A stretch of 64,000 nucleotides of DNA from Callorhinchus milii (lineage: Eukaryota): the NCBI RefSeq assembly GCF_018977255.1, contig NW_024704742.1, forward strand, positions 58,468,001 to 58,532,000, read 5' to 3'. The notes beneath the pieces are model-generated. The model had not been told where the DNA came from and did not search any database. It saw nothing but the letters and a program-made list of their open reading frames with translations. Shown piece after piece: positions 1-10,914 of the stretch; positions within the stretch are counted from its first letter, which is position 1, and each line of letters opens with the position of its first letter. Position numbers and translations under genes: made by a program.

Positions 1-227
1 AAATGCCTGATCCATTACTGACTGTAATTCACGCATAAATAACGTGGAGAAAAGAATGCAATTTTGCTTTTTTTTAAGTTACAATAAACCACACATTGCA
101 TGATGTGTGCATTTTGTAATCATTGACAAACAGCAGTTTTGGCTTTCACTTAATAACAAAGGTAGAGGCTAAGACCCCCGTCCATAAACACTTAGTATGT
201 AGAATGCAGAAAGGCCTTTTGGCCCAT

Positions 228-460
228 CAATAATAATAATAATCCTTGCATTTAGAACAACACCTTAGCACATCGTCAAGACATCTCAAAGTGATTCACA
301 GGATATACTGTAAAGCGGATTGACTATGTATGTTGTGGACACTTAAGTCTGCAGAGATGTTTTTCACCACATGAACCAATATAATAATAATCCTTGCTTA
401 TGATATAGCATCATCAAGACGTTTTAAGGATACTACTGCGAAGTGCAGTGACTGTGTACT
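228..460 (-). mobile_element. Two tandem SINE 3'-tail fragments; similar tails also near 1004, 1941, 8843, 11130, 18638, 24458, 25670, 25780, 35860, 48260, 54330, 56504, 62260 and 63230
   Basis: Recurrent (aat)n-ccttgcatttgatatagc...catctcaaag...cttcacag motif. Confidence 0.75.
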
Positions 461-1515
461 TATGTGAAAAATCCCACTCACTCTCGCCCTAAACATTTTT
501 TATTCCTCTTCTTCAAAGAACATAGCATTGATTTAAATGCTGCCTGTACTTTCATAGAAAAGGCAATGATTTGTTACCGAAACTAACAAATATTTGGTAA
601 ATTTCACCTGCTTGTGCAGGATTTAAGTACAAGCGAAACATAAATCTGAAAAATACAATCACAAACTTGTTTTATTTATTTTGATCATATTTAAGGTAAA
701 CATATCTCATAATAATTCCAAAATACGTTTCACTGGGAATCGTTACAGAACAATTATAATTCTGCTTGTTGCTCTGATTGGTTGGGCACAGTGAGATCTG
801 AAGTGATCTCTTTTGTAGCCTGTGTTAATCACGCTTGGCATATTCTGTAATATCACCGCCAGTTATCAAATCACTGTGTAACCTCCTAAATTCTAGGGCG
901 GCTCGCTCATAAATAACAAAATCTGTAAACTCCGAGAGTCTGTGAACATCACAGTGGTCAGGATGAGGTACATTATCTAGTTGAAACACGCAATCATGTA
1001 AATTAATAATAAAAATAATAATCCTTTCATTTGATGCAGCACCTTATCACAACGTTGAGCTGTCTCAAATCGCTTCGCAAAATATTTTGTAAAGTGGATT
1101 GATTATATTTTGTAGGCGAAACGCGGCAGTCAATTGAGCACTGCAGTCATGGTTTGAGTGATTATAATTTCAAAAACTTGATATATTTGGATGCCCCCAA
1201 GTGACAAGTGGAAACTGGAAGAATTACAAAAAGGTCCCAATTTCTATGATCTGTGTTGACATCCTCACATTTTAATTGTTTTAACAGCTGACTGCTGGCT
1301 CTCCAAGCTCGCCTTTATCCTGACTAATTTTGTCATCTCCACAGCAGTCAGAGTCAACAGAAGTGCTCTTTGCCTATTATTTGACATGTAATGTTTAAAT
1401 TGTTCAATGGATGTTTAAATGGTTCAATGGATTTATAGTCATTACTGGCACCAAAACGGTTTCTGGGAACTCCTGTAAAGACCAATGATTAATTAATTAA
1501 CTCCAGACTGTTTAC

Positions 1516-1751
1516 CCTCAATTTGCGTCCAAAGACACTGATTTTCCCTCTGATTTGTTCCTTTCTGAAACGCCACTCCACCAGGTTCAGACTGTTTTCC
1601 ACAGGAAGAGAGATGTTGCGTCTGGCGATGATTGGGTTCACTGTGCCGGCCAGAATGTGGGGCTCCGTCTGGAAGCTGGTGTCCATACCGTTGGCATACA
1701 TAACCCCAAGGGAGCTGTCATAACCAACCTGGTAACTGTTTTTCAGCTGAT
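1516..1751 (-). CDS. TENM3: Teneurin-3 coding exon (YD-shell region, [12 protein letters not shown]...VFGRKLR); gene continues left of the window
   Basis: Acceptor ctttag|ATCAGCTG, donor AGG|gtaaac; 236 nt, phase 1 to 0; translation matches teneurin [10 protein letters not shown]...[11 protein letters not shown]. Confidence 0.95.
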
Positions 1752-2594
1752 CTAAAGCACAAAGTGAATATTAATAATGTTTACATAAGGATAAGTATCC
1801 GTATTCGCAAAATGTTAGTCCTGCAGATTTAATACAATTCTGCATTAGCCAGTCACGTGCCGTTATTTTCATAGTCACTTATTTAAAATCAATAAAATAT
1901 TTAGCAGAATATTTTGGTGTCTCAGATATTCATGTAAAAATAATAATCATTGCATTTGATATAGCACCTTAGCACGCCATTTGAGAAACGCTTCCCAGAA
2001 TATACTGTAAAGTGAATTGACTGTATATTTTGTGGGCGAAATGTACATAATGGATCTGATAATAGTGGAACCCAGACTTAAACCAAGTACAACAAATCTA
2101 TGATTCCAGGTCCAATTCCACTGCAACTCCACTACAATAACTTCAAATTACGCAGGTTATTTCATTTCTGCTAGTCTGACAGAAATCTCAACGGCCTTCA
2201 CCCTCTGGGTGACTCATGAGCCATAATAACTAGACGAGAATTTTCAGACAAATATGTGAAAAAAAGTTCAAAATGACATTTAAAAAAAATGACATTAAAA
2301 AAATCCCTAATTTAAAAAAAAACAAATAAAGCCTTAGAGAAAGTACATTTCTGGCTTCAATAATTCCATTTGCCTCAGATTGCAATCTGTAACTTCAAAG
2401 CACATTACCATACCAATAGTATTAAGGTACTGGCTACATAGCAACCAAATGCTAAATGTTTTGATGCAAACCTTATGTATTTTATACCCTTTGGAATTCT
2501 GAATATATGCCCCCTGTCTTGCTGCGTTGGAGTTTCTGTAAGTATTGTATTGTGCTTTGCAGACTGTATCGATAAGGATCTATCGGGTATCCTC

Positions 2595-2852
2595 TGCTAG
2601 AGTGAAATTAGGAGGTAGTTTTTTCACCCAAAGAGTAATGGAAATCTGGAACTCTCTCCCCCAAAAGGCTGTGGATCCTGGATCCATTCACATCTTCAAG
2701 AGTGAGGTGGATAGCTATTTGTCAGGTCAGGATATTAAGGGATACGGGGCAAGGGTGGGTAATTGGAATTGAGGTAAAGATCACACCATGATCTTATAGA
2801 ATGGTGGAACAAGCTCGAAGGGCTGAATGGCTTAACCCTGTTTCTATGTTCT
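2595..2852 (+). mobile_element. CR1 3' fragment
   Basis: Encodes FFTQRVMEIWNSLPQKAV...FKSEVDSYL, the CR1 ORF2 C-terminus, followed by a CR1-type 3' UTR. Confidence 0.88.
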
Positions 2853-3389
2853 GTTTCTCTGAGATAACTGACAGTTTTTGAGTCTGAAGAGCAGTATCTT
2901 TTCCAATCACTCCTCATAGGAGTCTATAACACTGGGCATTAGGCTTGATACTCTCCTCTGTACTGCCTATCGAGGTATGGGAGGCCTCTTATGTAGCAGG
3001 GACCAAATCGGTTTCAAAGCTGTAGATCCAGCCTGATCAGAAGACTGCACAGCTTGAGAATGACTTATGGCAATCTGAATTCAGCTGATATAGAACATAG
3101 CACATATCCTATTCAGTCTGTTTATTGCTGCCTTATACTGTTTGGACATAGTGAGTTACTTGTCAGCTAAAATCCTGAGATTTCTTTAAATTAGCACCTC
3201 CTATAATAGGTTTACCTTCTCCTGTTTACCCCCATTTTCAACTGTCTTTTGGTCCATTGCAGTTTTCATTTGCTCCCTAAAACCCATTGCTATTGTAACA
3301 CATTATAACAAAATCAAGAGTTTATTTTCATCAGCTGTTCTCTCTTTTTCATTTCTCGCTCAATCTTTTTTCTACCTGCTTCCAAATAC

Positions 3390-3790
3390 AACAACAACAA
3401 ATTATACTTGTATAATGCCCTTCACGTCAGAAAGACATCCCAGGGGGCTGGACAATCAGGGGTTTTGGATCCGAGATGGGAGTTGGGGTCAGGAGGGGTG
3501 GAGAGCAGGGAGGATGGGGTTGGGAAGGTGGCCAAAGGCACAATCGAAGAGGAAAGTCTTTAGACAGGACTTGAAGGAGGCAAGAGAGGGGGTGAGGTGG
3601 AGGGATTGCAGGATAGAGTTCAAGAGTGTGGGGGCAGAGATGCTGAATGCCCCACCGCCAATGATGGGGTGGGAAGTGCGGGGGACTTGGAGCAGGCCAG
3701 TGTGTGCCGAGCGGAGAGAAAGGACAGGCCTATATGGGGTTAGGAGATTACAGAGGGAGTGGGGCGGGAGCTCGTGGAGGGCATGTACTC
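3390..3790 (-). mobile_element. L2-clade LINE 3' fragment
   Basis: Minus ORF LLTPYRPVLSLRSAHTGLLQVPR...GGGAFSISAPTLLNSI...FKSCLKTFLF; (TTG)n tail. Confidence 0.88.
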
Positions 3791-4138
3791 TGCCAATGGA
3801 TGGCCTGCTCCGGTCCCTTCTCACTATGTGCTTGTTAAGCCTTCGTCTTTATTCTTAATATCCCTTTCAATCAATTAACCTTCTGTTACTTCTGCACACT
3901 TCCCTTATTGTATGTCCCTACATAATGTTTCTGACGAGTGTCCATATGAATTTGAACAGTTTTGTGATAACATGTATTTTCTGTGTTTACTATTCCATAA
4001 ACTGTAATCACACCGTGGTATTGAGGATAGCACAAAATATTTGCCACACAAAAATAAATCCTGCCTCTGTCCCCCCTTTTATATTTGAAGTCATTGGCGT
4101 AAAATATTTGTGGTGTCAGCAGTAAATAGAATATATAC

Positions 4139-4314
4139 CTTGAACAATGGTGTAGAAGGCATCCACTGAAGAGAGATTGGTAGTGATGGTGACATCTTCG
4201 TCCCGGCTGGATGTTTCAATATTCACAGTGATTGCCTTCTCCATCTCACCATGGAGACTTGAGACCACACCAGTAGGAAATGTAACATTCGTCAGTCGGC
4301 CCTCGCTGTCGTAG
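4139..4314 (-). CDS. TENM3: Teneurin-3 coding exon (YD repeat, [15 protein letters not shown]...FYTIVQ)
   Basis: Acceptor ttcag|CTACGAC, donor CAAG|gtatat; 176 nt, phase 2 to 1. Confidence 0.96.
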
Positions 4315-5323
4315 CTGAATAAAACAATTATCAAAAGTAGTTCTTTAAAACCAGGACACTTAATGCAAGTGCCTAAAGTGAAGAATTAACATTATTTCTT
4401 ATCTACACCATTCATTAAAACTAAATTTAAGAGCAAAATGTGATCCTGGATCTCAAACAGCAAATTCCTATTAAATTTTAACGGGTGGAAGCCACTTGAG
4501 ATCAACTCTAGTAAGATAAAATCTCGCTTGCAGTTTTAGAACAGTTACTGAGCCCAACTGGTCACAGTGGCATAAAGCACTACAGTTAAAACCCAGTCTC
4601 TGAAATGCAAACCTACTAACATCGGCTGACCGAGCTTATAACCCAGAGGGTTGTTGTTTAAATTATTTAGTTCCCTCATACAACTATTCAGTAGATCCTT
4701 TTATGCATATGATTAATCTATTGGCTATTGCTGCTTCCTCCAACATACACTGCACTTTGCAACATACCTGGTACAACCTGACACTGCATGTTCCAATAGC
4801 TCGTCTACACCTGAGACTGCATAATCCAACATACTTGTACCTTATACAACCTGCAAAGCACATTCTTATAGATCACTTAAAATGACAAGTTGCATTTATA
4901 TAGAGCCCTTCATGCAGTATAGTGTCTTGGAGTTCTGAGACTACATTTGAGACTGCATATACCAATACATCACCTACACTTGAGTCTGCATGGTCCAACC
5001 TTGAACTGCACATTCCAAGACAACCATATACAACCAGAGGCTGCTGCTACCAACAGGTCATCTACAACCTGACAGTGCTCCTCCCAACAGGCACTTGCTG
5101 AAGCTTCTGAAGGGCTGGTTGGTATGAGGATGGGCAGAGGAGGAGGAGGAAGAGGAGGAGGATGGGGATAATGTTTGGAAAGGTTGTGTATGATGAGATG
5201 GAGTAAAGCTGTGTAAAACTGTGAAAAGTTTACTGGTAAAAAGTTAGTGCAACATTCAGAATGCAAGCTACCTAGACAAGACACATTGAACAGAAACAGA
5301 TAGTGATGAGTTTTGAATCTATA

Positions 5324-5880
5324 AACAACAACAACAACAAAATTACATTTGTATAGTGCCTTTCACGTCGGGAGGACGTCCCAAGGTGCTGGACATTCTG
5401 CCAGGATAGCAGTGGTCCTGGAGTCAAGGGTGGAGGCAGAGAGATAGAGTTTGATGTCATTTACTTACATATGGAAGTTGAACCCATGTCTATAGATAAT
5501 GTCACCAAGAGGGAGCATATAGATAATGAAGAGGAGGGAACCAAGGACAGAGCCCTGAGGAATGCCGCATGAACAGGTGCTGGGGCTAGAGGAGAAGCTG
5601 TTTGTGAGATGAGGTGAAGACGGCATGAGAGAGATAGGATCTGAACCATTCAAGAACAGAACCATGAAGGTTGAGAGGAGGTGGTGGAGGAGGATAGAGT
5701 GATCAACAGTATCAAAGGCAGCAGGGAGGTCAAGGAAGACGAGAAGGCAGAGGGAGTCCTGGTCGCAGATGGACAAAATTTAATTTGTCACTTTGACCAG
5801 GGCTGTTTCTGTGGTGTGGGTGACATGGAAACTTGATTGGAGGGGTTCGTGAAGGGAGTGGCGAGAGAGGAAGAAGTGAA
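5324..5880 (-). mobile_element. L2 LINE fragment with RT core joined directly to the 3' tail
   Basis: ORF 5465..5776 [20 protein letters not shown]...[24 protein letters not shown]; (TTG)n tail at 5324-5340. Confidence 0.9.
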
Positions 5881-6230
5881 GCTCGGAAGCAACAACTCCT
5901 TTCATAAAAGATATGAAAACAAGAATCAAAACTGTCACATTTCATTGTATAATATCTGAGAAACAAGACATCACTGCTTTTTCAATGTGAATCTTTTTGT
6001 CGATGATCAGTATATATGCACCAGCATTTGCGATCCATGAAAACATAAACCAAGGATTGAGAAATGACCACTTGCTTGATCAGGTCCATACCTTCAACCA
6101 CTCAAACATGCAACATCTATCCTATCATGAGCTTCACTCTATCTATTCAATCTCTTGAGGGAAGGAATTGTACACATCCAACACAAGTCCAAAGATGATC
6201 AAGCAAAGCATTTCAGAATAAAGAATAAAT

Positions 6231-6655
6231 TTTGCAATTAATACAGTGTCATCACTCCCCAACATCTCAAAGCACTTCACACAATAATGAGTTACTAACC
6301 GTACTCTTACGTAGCAGCTAATCTGCACCAGTAACATTGCATAAATGGCAATGGGATGAACAACTCATATTTCGCCCTTCACGTCAGAAAAGCTACATAA
6401 CAGTCAGTACCAGTTCAAAGTAACTCATTATTGTGTGAAATGCTTTGAGATGTTGGAGAGTGATGATGCTATATTAATTGCAAAATATGAATGTAAACTA
6501 AATTGAATTGTATAACCAAAACTTTCCTAAATTCAGTCACCTTATCAATAGGATGCCAGTACACCAGGGAAACTCATTAAAATTGTGCCTCAGGGATCCT
6601 TAATGCCCATCTGAACCACTGGAGCAGACAAGTGGGGCTCAATGGAAAGACAATG
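6231..6655 (-). mobile_element. DeuSINE-like copy interrupted by a mosaic insertion (about 6369-6560)
   Basis: SINE 3' part at 6231-6368 resumes at about 6560 (acaccagggaaactc...gggatccttaatgcccatctgaac), colinear with the 40194-40560 copy. Confidence 0.75.
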
Positions 6656-7583
6656 AATATTATACTGCCTCCACTTTTCAAAATGTGTCCCTTTCCTTAC
6701 AAAAAACACATCCCGTCACCCTGCTCAGGAGCATAGAAATCAATGTGTCTGGTGAACTATTTGTTCATATCTCAGCTGGCCTTATCCTGACTTCCTTCAA
6801 TCCTGTTATTGAGCAACAACACAATCAACAAAGCCATTCGTATGCTTTGAACTTGTAAAAATAGAAATGCCGAGCACTCTCATGTCCTCATCACAATGTT
6901 CCAGATCGCCGTTCTTCGGTGATCGAGAGAAATGATGACGCACAATTAAAACAACAAAGAGGTCACTGAACATGAATGTGAGTTGAATGTCAGCCACGAA
7001 CAAAGTATATTGCATTTCTCCTCCATCTGCTTGTGCCCTCAACTAGGACATCTGGGGAAACGGGGAGGGGTGAAAGCGAGAGAGAGAGAGAACAAAAGCA
7101 GAGAAAACAGTCTCTTACAGTGCTCGGTGATTGCCCATCCTATTGATAAGGTGACTGATTTAGGAAACATTTTTGGTTATGCAATTCAATTTACATTTAC
7201 ATTTCGCCCTTCACATCAGAAAGGCTTAACAAAGCTGGTTACATTTGGTTTAAAGTTCCCTTTCTTCCCAGCTGAGATCAGCTACCGCAGCCCATAGTGG
7301 GGGTAAAACTGCAATTACTCATAAACCCTTTAGAAGCCCTTGACGCTTCACTGGATACAAAAGTGAGATGTGTTTTTAGATGGCATTGAAAGGGAAAACG
7401 TAAGAGTAAATGGAAAATATCTGACACCAAAATGTAACATCAAAATCCCAGTTGTAGCACATTTGATCGAAAATGTTTACTTCAGTGATGGTGATAATTT
7501 TTAAATTGTACTCATCTGAAATTAAATACCAAAATAATCAGAGTACAAAGAAAATCTTAACAAGAGCATAAAGAAAATCTTAC

Positions 7584-8458
7584 TCGAAAAAAGTTGTCCA
7601 ACCGGTCTTGTCACTTTTTGTTGCCATGAGCCCACTATAGCTGTGGTAAGTGAATAAAACCAGCTCTTGACCCTGGGCTGTCATGCTTTTCAGTCCTCCA
7701 TTGGTGCCGATGGTTAGCCATATCACCTGGTTATCAGGGGATACTATTCTCACGGGCATCCGGTTGGGATCCCTTCGGATTCGCAGGATATTCCCGTTGT
7801 TGTCCGTCACTGCTGTGATGTCGTTCTCGTTGCTATAGCTGAAGTTGTAGAGGTAGTCACTTGTGATGAGGCTCTGAGTATACTGGTGAGTGCCATTGAT
7901 ATCAAAGATGTACAATTCCTGCTCTGAAGGGGAGGCTATCTTGTAATAATTCAATGAGTTCAGCACTGGCTTATTCTTGGAGGCTGCCCGGATACGAATG
8001 TTGCCCATGTCTGCAATATACAATGTGTCATCTGGAGAAACTGCCAGGGAGGACGGTGAGTTGAGCTTGGCTTCTTTGGCGTAGCCATCGCCAGACTGGT
8101 AACAGTCACAGCTGACATCATTCTTGCAGTCACAGTCTGAAGGCATGCCTGCAAGCAACGAGATCTCCCCATCTGTAGTTACCTGCCTCACACGGTTGAT
8201 CTTCTTTTCATCCGTCTCCGCAATGTAGAGGACCCCGCTGTAGGACACTGAGATAGCACTGGCAGACTCGAGCGCCGTGTGAACAGCTCGTTTTCCGAGT
8301 GAATATTCCACACCTGGAACCTGACAGTGCATGGGCCGGCCCGCAGCAATACGGACTTGGTGATTCTCTGTAATCTGAAGCACTATGTTGTTGTCTAGTA
8401 TATAGAGGGAGTTGTCCATTGGATTAATGGTCAGGTCTGTGGGCCATTCCAAGCGAAC
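7584..8458 (-). CDS. TENM3: Teneurin-3 large coding exon (end of NHL propeller and start of YD shell, VRLEWPTDL...GWTTFF)
   Basis: Acceptor tttcag|GTTCGC, donor GA|gtaaga; 875 nt open frame (ORF 7580..8452), phase 0 to 2. Confidence 0.97.
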
Positions 8459-9379
8459 CTGAAATTGGAAAGGTTTATTTTAATACTGAACTTCACATGG
8501 TCATAAGGAGCTACTCCAATCACATTAAAAACACTGGTTATATCTTCATATCTGCAAACAGACATTGACAATCACACTGCTTTTTTTAGACAACTGATGT
8601 AAAGGCTTTTTCAATAAACTAATTGACATCTCTATAAGATATTAAATGTATTTTAAACAGTAAAAAAGCACTCCCACAGTTTATGAACTGCTGAATCACT
8701 CTCCCAGAAAAGGCATTAATTTTCAACGTAAAGATTTATTGAAGGTAACTAATAGGAGCATTAGAAAAAATAGGACGCCAATACAAAACAGATTATACAG
8801 AGTAAAATGAGGAATCCAGAGAATATCTTTAGTTATTTTAGCAATAATAATAATAATTATTGCATTTGATATAGTGCCTTATCACATCAGTAAGACATCT
8901 CAAAGCACTTCACACAATTCATTGTAAAGTGAATTGACGTATTTATTTTGGTGGGCAAAACTCGGCTGCCAATTACGCACAGCAGTGTCCCACAAACAGT
9001 GGTGGATTGAATGACCAAATTGCCCATTTTTAAAAATAATAATAGGCAGTTTGCTAAAGCACAAACAGATTCTGTTTTGTATACATCGGGAAGCAATGTT
9101 ACAAAAAATTATGATGTGGCAGATGTACAAACATTTCAGATCCAGTTGGTTGTGACAGATGTAGGCAAACTATTTGACTTATAAATTGTGGGAGCATGAT
9201 TAGAGGGTCCAGGTTCAAAGGGGGATAAAAATCATGTGGAATCAGACTTTGGAATTCTAGTGTGTGTTGGAACTGGCTAAAACTGCACAGCTCACAAATG
9301 AGATCACTGTCTGGCAGGCTTCCTGCTGCTTGTTCAGCTTTGTTCACCCTATTCATTAGGGTTTTGCCTAGTAACATTG

Positions 9380-9975
9380 ACAACAACAACAACAAAATTA
9401 CATTTATAGAGCGCCTTTCACGTCGGGAGGACATCCCAAGGCGCTGGACAGTCAGGGGTCAGGACCTGAGCATGGAGGAGGGGTGGGGAAGGGGTGAGGG
9501 AAACCAGAGAGGTGGGAGGGCGACTGAAGGCACGATCGAAGGGGAGGGTCTTGAGACCGGCCTTAAAGGAGGCAAGGGAGGTGAAGGGACCGTGGGATGG
9601 AGTTCCAGAGTGTGGCTGAAAGCCCGGCCACCGATGGTAGGACGGGTCGGGCGGGAGACATGGAGCAGGCTGGAGCCCGCTGAACGGAGGGAGCAGGCAG
9701 GTTGGTAGGAAGTCAGCAGGTCAGAGAGGTAGGAGGGGGCAAGGCCATGGTTAGCCTTGAAAGTGAGGACGAGGATCTTGAATTCGATCCTCTGGGGGAT
9801 GGGGAGACAGTGGAGTCGGCCGAGGGTGGAAGTGATGGGGTCACGGAGCCTGGTGCGCGAGAGTACACGAGCTGCAGAGTTTTGGATGATCTGCAGCTTG
9901 TGAAGAGAAGAGTTGGGAAGGCCGATGAGGAGGGAATTGCCATAAGCGAGCCTTGATGTGATGAAGAGTCAAGAG
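9380..9975 (-). mobile_element. L2 LINE 3' portion (may extend to about 10185)
   Basis: Hand translation TSRLAYGNSLLIGLP...LQIIQNSAARVL...IPQRIEFKILVLTFKANHGLAPSYLSDLL; 3' stem-loop and (TTG)n tail. Confidence 0.92.
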
Positions 9976-10269
9976 GGAAGAATCCCTGCTCCCAGACTGT
10001 ACTTCGAAATCCTGACAATGAGCTCGGCTGGCTGGTCTGACATCAGCAATGCCTTGGAGAAGCGGATCTGCCTGGCTCAGAAACTGGGCTACACAGCTTT
10101 CCTCCAGGAGATAAAGTGAGTGGGGTGGTCTATTATAAGGGTAGGTTTTGAAATGATTAGTGGAGAGAAGGTGCTTCAAGGCCAAGTGTTTTTCATTATT
10201 CTATGCTTCTTTATTACTGTATGCTCTGAAAATCCTATTGGTTTGTATGCCAGAAATTACGTTTGTTCA

Positions 10270-10283
10270 CCATCAGATGGCGC
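10270..10283 (+). promoter_or_regulatory. Candidate CTCF core motif
   Basis: CCATCAGATGGCGC, one mismatch to CCASYAGRKGGCRS; motif match only. Confidence 0.35.
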
Positions 10284-10759
10284 TCTAACCATACTTTTAA
10301 GAAATCACTTCACCAATTCATTACAGTGTGTAAAGAATTTGAGCTTTTTCTTGATTATTCAATTTCATCCATGAGGACACAGTTGTCCAGTTAGATTTCT
10401 TTTCTCCTCACCACTCACAGCTTTCCAGACCTTAATCCAAGTCCACATTAGTCCTGTCTTGAAAGTTATTTGAATATTACAAGCTAAGCTTCCATTTCCC
10501 TAAAGAAGGCAGTGGTAGATTTATGTTGAATAAAACATTATTTACTTACACAATATGAAAATTGGGATATGTCTGTAAGATAACTTCAATAGTTACCATA
10601 ATCTGTGCAGGAAATAGCTCACTAGAACAATTGTCTTGAATTGATCAAATACTAAAGTACCCCATCTCCCAAATTTTTACTTTTTACTGCCTCAAAAAAG
10701 CTGACTTAAATTTCATTGTTATTTAAAACTTCACTGAAGGCGAGAACGGTAGCAAATAC

Positions 10760-10914
10760 CTGGCTTATATGCATGGTGGTGTCACAAGTCAAGGGCCGAG
10801 CTGACGTCAGGTCATTGGAGCCCAGTAGGGTGGATATTATTCCGTTCTGGTCCACCTTTCGGATCATGGTTCCATCCACAAAGTACATCAAACCATTCTT
10901 GTCGATGGCAATTC
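10760..10914 (-). CDS. TENM3: Teneurin-3 coding exon ([18 protein letters not shown]...TMHISQ)
   Basis: Acceptor accag|GAATTGCC, donor CAG|gtattt; 155 nt, phase 1 to 0. Confidence 0.96.

Noticed and set aside
3415..3858. 147-aa plus-strand ORF, and similar ORFs at 9262..9708 and 13355..13804
   Set aside because: Antisense shadows of L2 fragments or TENM3 exons with no independent protein signature
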